Positions 9,647 through 17,564 of a DNA stretch of 64,000 nt are shown here, one piece after another (position 1 is the stretch's first letter; each line of letters opens with the position of its first letter). Where the stretch lies: positions 160,001 through 224,000 of the forward strand of contig JBPOGI010000007.1 of assembly GCA_051251855.1 (NCBI GenBank), read 5' to 3'. The position numbers and the translations under genes were made by a program. The notes under the pieces were generated by a model. It saw only the letters and a program-made list of their open reading frames with translations. It had not been told where the DNA came from and made no database searches. Source of the stretch: Roseibacillus sp. (GTDB lineage: Bacteria > Verrucomicrobiota > Verrucomicrobiia > Verrucomicrobiales > Akkermansiaceae).

Positions 9647-10654
9647 ATGCCGCGAGCTTCTCATCAACAGACCATCTACCGCCAATGGCTCATCTTGCGG
9701 AAGCTGACCACCCGTCGCCCGGGAATCACAGCTCGGGAGATGAGGGACTATCTGGAAGGTGAAGACGTCCCCGTCACCAAGCGCACTGTCGAGCGTGACC
9801 TCAACGAACTCTCTCGCATCTTTCCCCTAGAGACCAGCGAAGGTAGCCCGCCCATCGGCTGGCGTTGGCGTAAGGATGCGGTGCAAGAGTTGCCGGGGCT
9901 CGAGCTCGTTGATGCGCTTTCCCTCTCGCTGGTGGGAGACCTTCTCAACCAAACCCTCCCCGCCAGTCTTCACCCCTCGATCAGCGCCCGCGTGGCCGAG
10001 GCTAGGGGCAAGCTGGATGCCCTTCCCAATCACTCCGTGTCCGCTTGGTCTCAAATGGCGCGCTACCTTCCGCCCGGCCAAGTGCTCCTCAAACCCACCG
10101 TCGACCCCGACATCTTGCATGCCGTCGAGGAAGGACTGGTAGGACAACGGCAACTCAGCGTCTGCTATCAAGCTCCCGCTGCATCCGAAGCATGGAGCAC
10201 TCACATGCACCCGGTGGCGCTTCTCTCTCATGGCTCTACCCCCTACCTGTTAGCGAGCCTAGGGAAAGGAACCGAAATCTGGCAATATCCCCTACACCGC
10301 TTCCTATCAGCCGAGCTCACTGAGACTCCTTCCTGGCGACCACCCGGCTTCGAACTCGACGAGTTCCTCGCGCAAGGACAGGCCAGCTTTGGAAAAGGAA
10401 AAACAATCCGCCTCGAAGCCCAGCTTGACGAATCACTCGCCAAGCTTCTTCGGGAAACTCCGCTCACGGACTCCCAAACCATTCGCGAAAAAGACGGTCG
10501 CTTCCTCCTCAAGGCCTCCGTTCAATATTCCTGGCAGTTGGTCTTCTACATTCTCTCGCAAGGCCCCAAGATCACCGTCCTCAAGCCCAAGTCCCTTCGC
10601 AACGAAATCATCGCCAGCCTTCAGTCCGCCCTCCAGAACTACAACCCGTCCTAA
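9647..10654 (+). CDS. wHTH-WYL-WCX transcriptional regulator (BrxR/CapW/DriD-like)
   Basis: HTH VTKRTVERDLNEL; WYL-like HPVALLSHGSTPYLLA...YPLHRF; WCX-like ILSQGPKITVLKPKSLRNEI. Confidence 0.92.
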   Translation: MPRASHQQTIYRQWLILRKLTTRRPGITAREMRDYLEGEDVPVTKRTVERDLNELSRIFPLETSEGSPPIGWRWRKDAVQELPGLELVDALSLSLVGDLLNQTLPASLHPSISARVAEARGKLDALPNHSVSAWSQMARYLPPGQVLLKPTVDPDILHAVEEGLVGQRQLSVCYQAPAASEAWSTHMHPVALLSHGSTPYLLASLGKGTEIWQYPLHRFLSAELTETPSWRPPGFELDEFLAQGQASFGKGKTIRLEAQLDESLAKLLRETPLTDSQTIREKDGRFLLKASVQYSWQLVFYILSQGPKITVLKPKSLRNEIIASLQSALQNYNPS

Positions 10655-10658
10655 TTCC

Positions 10659-12170
10659 ATGCGCCAACTCTCCAAATCCAAGATCATCGCCTTCCGTCAA
10701 TGCCCCAAACGGCTCTGGCTCGAACTCCATCGCCCGGAACTCCGCGACGACTCCGGCAGCGAGTTCGCTTTCGCAGTCGGCAATCAAGTCGGAGACATTG
10801 CTCACCTCATCTACGACCCCGAACAAAAGGGCCAGCTCATCGACATCCAGGAGATGGGATGGGACACCGCCTACTCAGTCACCGCCGATTGGTTAGCGGA
10901 CCAAGAGGCCCCACTTTTCGAAGCCGCACTCCGCATGCGCGGCGGGATCGCCCTCGCCGACGTCATGCTGCCCCAACGCGATCAGAACGGACTCCAATGG
11001 AACATGATTGAAGTCAAAGCCTCCACTGGTCCCAAGGACTACCACCACGACGACATCGCGGTGCAAGCCTACGTCGCCCGCGAGTCAGGAATCCCGCTCT
11101 CAAAAGTCTCCTTAGCCCACGTCGATATCACCTTCGTCTACCCGGGAAGCGGCGACTACCAAGGCCTGCTCAAGGAAGTCGACATGACTGAAGAAGCCAG
11201 CTCTCGGACAGCGGAAGTCGCGGGCTGGTTCGACGAAGCCCAAGCCATCGCCGCCCAAACAGAAGAGCCTCGCATCGAGCCCGGCCCGCAATGCCATAGC
11301 CCTTTCACCTGCGGGTTCTGCAAGCACTGCATTCCCGAAAAACCTCTCATGGACTACCCTCTCACCTCCTTCTATCGACTGGGTGCTGCAGGCATCGAAA
11401 CACTCGAGGCCGCTGGCTACAACGACGTGCGAGACGTGCCCGCCGACCAGCTCAGCTTCATCAACCAGCGCATCCGAGAGCACACCATCAGCGGCGAAGC
11501 CTACTTCGACCAAAAAGGAGCGGCCGGCGACCTTGCCAAACACCGGGGCGAGCCCCGCTTCCTCGACTTCGAGACCATCGCCTTCCCCGTCCCCATCTGG
11601 GCCGGCACGCGCCCCTATCAGCAGCTCCCCTTCCAATTCAGCCTTCACCACTTGGAGCGCTCTGGCGAAGTCCATCACCGCGAATGCCTCGACACCTCCG
11701 GAGACGATCCCCGCCCCGCCATCATCAAAGCCCTTCTCGACCACTGTGGCGACTCCGGGGACAGTGGCCCCATCTTCGCCTACAATGCCCCCTTCGAGAA
11801 AAAGGTCATCAAAGACCTCATCACCGCCTTCCCCGTGGAAGCCATCGGCCTCACCAATATCCTCAGCCGCATCGAAGACCTCCTCCCCATCGCCCGCAAA
11901 CGCTACTACCATCCCAGCCAACACGGCAGCTGGAGCATCAAAGCGGTCCTTCCCGCCATCTGCCCGGACCTCAGCTACAACGACCTCGAAGGCGTGCAAG
12001 ACGGAATGATGGCCCAACAAAGCTACCTCGAAGCCATCGCCCCCACCACCAACCCCGAGCGCCGCGAAGAAATCCACAAACAACTCCTCGCCTACTGCCT
12101 GCTCGACACCCTCGGCCTCGTAAGAATGTGGCAATTTTTTAAGAGCCAGCCCCTATCCAGAAACGCATGA
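10659..12170 (+). CDS. DUF2779 protein: Cas4-like PD-(D/E)XK nuclease fused to an RNase H-like exonuclease
   Basis: LSKSK...QCPKRLWL, ADVM...IEVKAST, Cys cluster CHSPFTCGFCKHC, FLDFET, YNAPFE, SIKAVLP, YCLLDT; ATG at 10659. Confidence 0.85.
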   Translation: MRQLSKSKIIAFRQCPKRLWLELHRPELRDDSGSEFAFAVGNQVGDIAHLIYDPEQKGQLIDIQEMGWDTAYSVTADWLADQEAPLFEAALRMRGGIALADVMLPQRDQNGLQWNMIEVKASTGPKDYHHDDIAVQAYVARESGIPLSKVSLAHVDITFVYPGSGDYQGLLKEVDMTEEASSRTAEVAGWFDEAQAIAAQTEEPRIEPGPQCHSPFTCGFCKHCIPEKPLMDYPLTSFYRLGAAGIETLEAAGYNDVRDVPADQLSFINQRIREHTISGEAYFDQKGAAGDLAKHRGEPRFLDFETIAFPVPIWAGTRPYQQLPFQFSLHHLERSGEVHHRECLDTSGDDPRPAIIKALLDHCGDSGDSGPIFAYNAPFEKKVIKDLITAFPVEAIGLTNILSRIEDLLPIARKRYYHPSQHGSWSIKAVLPAICPDLSYNDLEGVQDGMMAQQSYLEAIAPTTNPERREEIHKQLLAYCLLDTLGLVRMWQFFKSQPLSRNA

Positions 12171-13363
12171 ACAACCTTCAAACCGAAATTAGCCATCTCC
12201 TTATCAAAACCGAAGAAATATGCCGACGCTTCGAAGAGGTAGAGAAAACGACCGGAGCCGGATTTAACCTCCTCCATCTTCTCAACATGGGTCACTACGA
12301 AGCAAAAACTCACACCCCCATTTTGACAGACCTTCTGAACCCTCAGGGTTCGCACGGTCAAGGTGACGTCTTTCTCAAATTGTTTCTTACAGTGTGCTTC
12401 GAGAAAGACTTAGGCTTTATGTCGAAAGCCTCCGGGATCGTGGTCACGGAGGAAAAATACATCGGACGAGTAAATAGCGAACAAGCGTCTGGGGGTAGAA
12501 TAGACATTTTCTTAGAGTCATCACAAGGTGAACTCCTAGCCATCGAGAACAAAATCTACGCTAACGAACAGGACCAACAACTGCAACGCTATCTCAACTA
12601 CGTGAGCAGAGCCAAAGAGAACGGACGCGTTATCTACCTCACCCTCGACGGCCAAGAACCCGGTTCCATCAAAGGTAACAAGCCTGAAATTCTCTCGTGT
12701 ATCTCCTATCAATCACACATCGTCGACTGGCTCCGACTCTGTCGCAAAGAGGTCACAACGATTCCCACGATTCGCGAATCCCTCACAATCTATATCAACC
12801 TCATTTGCGAACTCACCAACCAAAGCCCCAACCAAGAAATGAATAAAGAGATTATGGAGTCAGTGTTAGAATCGCCTAGTAGTTTAGCGGCATACCTCGC
12901 TCTTCCGAAGGAAAATGAAATCCAGCAGTCCATCTTTGACAATAAAGTTGAAGAGATAAAACGGATTGCAAAAGAGCATTCGCTAGGCTTCTCGTTGTCC
13001 GAAAAAAAAGTAGCGGACCAGTATTTTGGTTTCAATTTAAAGTCCGAAAGCTGGTCAGATTTTTGGATCTGCTTCAACTTTGATAGCGCAAATTGTAAAA
13101 ACCTATTATTTGGATTTCAAGACGATGGTAGGCTTATTGAAGAAGAGCGGCAAACACTCAACCAAATGGTCTCGTCTCAATTTGGTGAAAGCACTGTTAG
13201 GAAAACCAAAATGTGGCCAGCTTGTCCGTTTTGGACAAAATATAGGAATTGGCACGGTGAAACTCTATCAGAAGTCGCTTACGGCAGCTTTCTCGAAGAT
13301 TTGGAAGAACAAGTGGCAACTTTCAAAAAGCTCGGTGACGAATTCGCAAGAACGACGCACTAG
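12167..13363 (+). CDS. PD-(D/E)XK nuclease family protein (PDDEXK_4-like)
   Basis: LLNPQGSHGQGDVFL, GRIDI...AIENKIYANEQDQQLQRY, IYLTLDG; ATGA overlap with the upstream gene. Confidence 0.88.
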   Translation: MNNLQTEISHLLIKTEEICRRFEEVEKTTGAGFNLLHLLNMGHYEAKTHTPILTDLLNPQGSHGQGDVFLKLFLTVCFEKDLGFMSKASGIVVTEEKYIGRVNSEQASGGRIDIFLESSQGELLAIENKIYANEQDQQLQRYLNYVSRAKENGRVIYLTLDGQEPGSIKGNKPEILSCISYQSHIVDWLRLCRKEVTTIPTIRESLTIYINLICELTNQSPNQEMNKEIMESVLESPSSLAAYLALPKENEIQQSIFDNKVEEIKRIAKEHSLGFSLSEKKVADQYFGFNLKSESWSDFWICFNFDSANCKNLLFGFQDDGRLIEEERQTLNQMVSSQFGESTVRKTKMWPACPFWTKYRNWHGETLSEVAYGSFLEDLEEQVATFKKLGDEFARTTH

Positions 13364-13368
13364 AATCT

Positions 13369-13387
13369 AGTGGCAGAAGTTGTCACT
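13369..13387. promoter_or_regulatory. Possible second WYL box (AGTGGC-N7-GTCACT)
   Basis: Near-palindrome (1 mismatch) with 7-bp spacer upstream of the DUF499 operon. Confidence 0.45.
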
Positions 13388-13527
13388 CAAATGGTTCATG
13401 ACCGATTTTCTGAGGCTCGCAGACTGTACTAGGCCCAATGAGAGGTTTCTCATCAAGCCTTCCGACAATTACGAGTGGACCCATTCCTATTCACCCGTTA
13501 GAACAAGCCTTCTTCTGTAATTCACAC

Positions 13528-16500
13528 ATGAAAACACTCAAGTGCTGCCAGCCTCGCCAATCCGTTCTTGATGGTTCGGAAGACTTTGTAGTCAACCTCT
13601 CTGCCCTTCAGGAACTGAGCGAGGCCGAAGCCAAAGAGTTTCTCGATGCCAACGTCCTCACCTCCGGAATGGAGGAACTCATCAGCCAGTCCTTCGACAG
13701 GCTAGCAGGCGGGCCAAGCCGAGGCATCTTCAAGCTCTCCGAGTCCATGGGCGGCGGAAAGACCCAGAGCATGATTGTCTGCGGACTTCTCGCTCGTTTC
13801 CCGGCACTTGCAGCGAGCCTCCACTTTGCCAAAGCACCCAAAAACGTCAATCCCGACCACGTCATCGCCTTCACTGGCCGAGATACCGACAAGAACATCT
13901 GGATCACCTTGGGCGAGGTATTCGATGCCGACTTCGTGGAAGACTCCGCCCCGTCGGAAAAGCAGTGGGCCGCTTTGCTTAAGGGAAAGAGCGTTCTCTT
14001 TCTCTTGGACGAACTCGCCTTCTATCTCGTCCACGCCAGCACCAAGGGCGACAAGGAAGAAGGAGCTCGTTTCTCAAAAAGAACCTCCATCGCCCTGACC
14101 AACCTCTTCGGAGCAGTGCGAGATCACAAGGAGGCCTCGCAGTCAGCAGTTGTCGTCGCTGACCTGCAAAAAGACTGGGACCAAGGCCACGAAGAATTGG
14201 CTAAGATCATGCGCTCCGATGCCACCTTGGGCGGCACCATTCAGAGTGCGGACAACGAGATGAGCAAAGGAGCAGTCTCCATCTCACCGGTTGATAACAC
14301 CAAGGACGAACTCTACTCCATCCTTCGCAAACGCCTCTTCAAGGACATCGCGGTCTCCGATGCAGAAAAGAAAGAAGTCATCGATGCCTATTTCAACGAA
14401 CTGCAAACCGCCAAGAAGGCCGGGCTCATAGAGCGAGCCTTGCCTACCATCCGCGAGGAACTCGAAGTCTCCTATCCTTTTCACTTTTCGACCAAGCACC
14501 TTATCGAGACCTTCAACGACAATCCCGGCTTCCAAAAGACCCGCGACGTCATCCGTCTCATGGCCTCAATCGTTCGCTCGATTTGGGAACAAGGCGACGC
14601 AGCCGTCTCACAACACCTACTCCTCTCACTCGCCTCTCCCGACCTCAACGTCTCAGCCGTTGCTTCTCGCTTTAAGGAAATCAAACGCTCCCTCGAAGGA
14701 GCCCTTCAGACCGATCTCGCCAACGGCGGCACCTCCTACGCGGAGAGCCTCATGTCGGAGACTGACGGCCTCTCATTGCCTGCCGCGAAGTGGATCTACG
14801 CCGCCTCCCTCTCCGATACGCGACCACATGGCCTTTCCAAAGAAGAGCTCGCCGAATACATGGCCGCTCCCGGAGTCGACATCTCCGGCCTCGGCTCCGC
14901 CTTGGAGGAGCTATCTCGCACCAGTTGGTATCTCGACCAGTTCCGCAGCGGGCGCTTCTTTTTCAATAAGGTCAAGAACCTCAATGCCCAGATCAACTCC
15001 CACTACAAGCTCTGCTCCGATGCCGATCGAGACGACTTGATCGAGGACAAGCTCCGCGAAATGTTCGATCCTCGGGACAAGCGTTGTTATCAAAACCTAG
15101 AAATTCACCCCGACCTTTCCAAAGTCCGCCTCAGCCGCGACAAGACAACCCTTCTCATCTGCCAACACGACGCGGACTACCAAGCCTTCTTTCAGAACGA
15201 AAAGTTCAAGAACCGCGTCGCCATCCTTACCCTCCTCGACCCCGCCGGACTCCTCCGAATTCGTAACCACGCCAAGCGCTTTTGGGCCATCCGCGAAGTC
15301 CTTAAGGACATGACCAAGGATGACCAACAGTTTGAAAAGGCCAAAGGCGAGCAGACCAACATTCAGACCGAGCTCTTCATGGCTCTCCGTTCGCTCTATG
15401 CACGCCTCTTCTACCCCCTCGGCGATCCTACAACGGGAGACACCAAGCTAACCGACACCACTCTCCTCGACTCCTTTCAAGACGACCTTACGGGCCAAAA
15501 CATTAAGTTCGAGGGCGACAAGAACAGCTCCAAGGGAGAACTCGTCGTCGAGAGCACCCTCCGCTCAGTAGCCAAGTTCCACGTCATCCCAACTGCCACC
15601 GGTGGCGACAAGCTCAAGGGCTACAAGTCCCTCCGCACCCGCTTCGAGCAATTCCTCTTCCCGTCTTCCGGACGCGCCTCTTGGGATCAGCTCATTGATG
15701 GCGCAGCCAGCCGAGGCATCATGGTCTGGACCGAGCCCGGCACCTCTGAGCGGATGAAGGACGCCCTCCTCACCGCAGGAGAGTGGCGTCAGGAGGCGGG
15801 ACAAATCCTCAAACCTCCCTTCGTGGAACTCGCGACCGTTCACATCGATTATGATCGCAATGCCAAGACCGGCAGCATCACCACCACCGACATCAAGCTC
15901 ATTCACGGTGACAGTCTCTTCGTCTCCGAGGACGGCGGACCGGAGAAAAAGATCAAGCACGACGAGGCCTTCGTCTCCGACGCCATGACCCTCGTCTTCC
16001 AATGCCGCGACTCCACCGGCAAGAATCAGGATGGCACGCCCTACACCATTCAGAATCAGGTCACCCTTAAGCACGAGTTCCTCGATTGTAGCACCCCGGG
16101 CCATCGCACCCTCAAGCTCGGGGTCGTGCCCACTGATTCCATCGTCAAGTGGACCGCCGACGGGAGTGATGCAGCCAACAACGGACAGCCCTATTCCGCT
16201 CAAGGCATCGACGTGCCGGAGGGAGCGACCGTGAAAGTCTTTGCGGAAAAGAACGCCACTCACAACGAGCTCTCCATCCCAGTCCCCAAAGACGATGCCG
16301 GCGATGACGATGACCAGCCCACCACCGGACTCGATCTCGACCTCCCCGCCAATCTCTCCTCTCAAGCCATGCGCAAGATGGAGCTCTCCACCCGCTTGGC
16401 CGTGCACGGACTTCTCAGCAAGCTCCCCCCCGGAACCACCATCTCCGGGGCCCGCGCTAAGGTCGTCAAGGCCGCTACCGACAATCGGGTTGCCGTCTCT

Positions 16501-16689
16501 TGGGACGGGAAGACCGAAGTCTCTCCCGAGCGCATCTTCAAGGCTTACGAATTCCTCGATGCTGAACTGCAGGATGCCGAGTGGGAACTGGAGGCGACTG
16601 GTAAAATCGTCTTTCCGTCTGGACGGGAGTTCTTGGATTGGCAAAAAGAGACCTCCTACAAGATCGCACCCGGATTCATCACCCAATGA
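13528..16689 (+). CDS. DUF499 ATPase (restriction-like anti-phage system, subunit 1)
   Basis: Walker A ESMGGGKTQS, Walker B LFLLDEL, ILRKRLF, SYPFH, GFQKTRDVIRLMA; Fn3-like VKWTADGS near the C-terminus; ATG at 13528. Confidence 0.88.
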   Translation: MKTLKCCQPRQSVLDGSEDFVVNLSALQELSEAEAKEFLDANVLTSGMEELISQSFDRLAGGPSRGIFKLSESMGGGKTQSMIVCGLLARFPALAASLHFAKAPKNVNPDHVIAFTGRDTDKNIWITLGEVFDADFVEDSAPSEKQWAALLKGKSVLFLLDELAFYLVHASTKGDKEEGARFSKRTSIALTNLFGAVRDHKEASQSAVVVADLQKDWDQGHEELAKIMRSDATLGGTIQSADNEMSKGAVSISPVDNTKDELYSILRKRLFKDIAVSDAEKKEVIDAYFNELQTAKKAGLIERALPTIREELEVSYPFHFSTKHLIETFNDNPGFQKTRDVIRLMASIVRSIWEQGDAAVSQHLLLSLASPDLNVSAVASRFKEIKRSLEGALQTDLANGGTSYAESLMSETDGLSLPAAKWIYAASLSDTRPHGLSKEELAEYMAAPGVDISGLGSALEELSRTSWYLDQFRSGRFFFNKVKNLNAQINSHYKLCSDADRDDLIEDKLREMFDPRDKRCYQNLEIHPDLSKVRLSRDKTTLLICQHDADYQAFFQNEKFKNRVAILTLLDPAGLLRIRNHAKRFWAIREVLKDMTKDDQQFEKAKGEQTNIQTELFMALRSLYARLFYPLGDPTTGDTKLTDTTLLDSFQDDLTGQNIKFEGDKNSSKGELVVESTLRSVAKFHVIPTATGGDKLKGYKSLRTRFEQFLFPSSGRASWDQLIDGAASRGIMVWTEPGTSERMKDALLTAGEWRQEAGQILKPPFVELATVHIDYDRNAKTGSITTTDIKLIHGDSLFVSEDGGPEKKIKHDEAFVSDAMTLVFQCRDSTGKNQDGTPYTIQNQVTLKHEFLDCSTPGHRTLKLGVVPTDSIVKWTADGSDAANNGQPYSAQGIDVPEGATVKVFAEKNATHNELSIPVPKDDAGDDDDQPTTGLDLDLPANLSSQAMRKMELSTRLAVHGLLSKLPPGTTISGARAKVVKAATDNRVAVSWDGKTEVSPERIFKAYEFLDAELQDAEWELEATGKIVFPSGREFLDWQKETSYKIAPGFITQ

Positions 16690-17540
16690 GACCTACCCCA
16701 CCAGAGATTCCATCCTTCGGCGTCGTCGATCCTGATGGCGAGCACGGTGTCCTCACCACGGACTCTGGGGCCCCTCGTTGCCTGCTCACCTTGGTCGCCC
16801 GCACGGAACGCGGCTTTCCCCGTCACGAGCTTGCCGCTATCCCAATGGCTACTTGGCGACAACTCTCCACCGTAGTGCAGAAGGAACTCGCCCGGGGCAT
16901 GGACCCCGAGGAATTGGGTTCCTCCAAGGCTCCTCTCTTTCGCTCCGGCGAGCAAGCTCTCAGCCCCCTCGTCACTCGGGAACTCGCCGTTCTCTTTTGG
17001 GCCTTGATGGAGGATGGCGAAGGCACCCACATCGACGCCCTTTTGACTGGCTGGCGTCAGCTCGCCCGCGAGGAGCGTTGGTGGCTCTATGCTCGGGCCA
17101 GTAATCCGAGCCAGAAGCAGGGCCGAGGTTGGCGACGGGCACTTTACTTTGCCCTCACCGACCCCGCAGACACCCGCACCGCCCCCCGCATGCTAGACAT
17201 CATGGACGCGGCGGATGCTCAAAAAAAAAGCTTGGGGACCAAACGCAAAGTCGACTATCGCGACAGTCTCAAGAAGAAAGCGGCCAGCAAGAAGACAGCC
17301 AAAAAGACGACTCCCAAGAAGGCTCCCCAGAAAACCGTCAAGAAAATCGCGGCCAAGAAGACCGTGAAAAAAGCGAACACGAAGCCCTCCCCACCGAAGG
17401 CGAAGACCCCGCCCTCTCCCCCGACAAGAGCGAAGAAGAAGAGCACAAGTCTGAAAAAATCAGCCCCTCGCAAGACCTCGAAGACCCCGGTAAAAAAAGC
17501 GACAGCCAAGAAGGCGACGAGCCGCCAGACCCGCCCGTGA
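16686..17540 (+). CDS. DUF3780 family protein with Lys-rich tail (alternative -1-frame tail to 17560, see findings)
   Basis: RELAVLFWALME, WRQLAREERWWLY and GWRRALYFALTD signature; ATGA overlap with the DUF499 stop. Confidence 0.82.
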   Translation: MRPTPPEIPSFGVVDPDGEHGVLTTDSGAPRCLLTLVARTERGFPRHELAAIPMATWRQLSTVVQKELARGMDPEELGSSKAPLFRSGEQALSPLVTRELAVLFWALMEDGEGTHIDALLTGWRQLAREERWWLYARASNPSQKQGRGWRRALYFALTDPADTRTAPRMLDIMDAADAQKKSLGTKRKVDYRDSLKKKAASKKTAKKTTPKKAPQKTVKKIAAKKTVKKANTKPSPPKAKTPPSPPTRAKKKSTSLKKSAPRKTSKTPVKKATAKKATSRQTRP

Positions 17541-17564
17541 ATCAGCTCGAATTATTCTAACTCC

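Noticed and set aside
11112..12134. 340-aa antisense ORF (similar ones at 15565-16686, 31313-32191 and 47799-48635)
   Set aside because: Shadow ORFs opposite well-supported genes, expected from the strong C-ending codon bias; no motifs.
10659..12170. CRISPR-Cas locus suggested by the Cas4-like domain
   Set aside because: No repeat-spacer array or other cas genes in the window.
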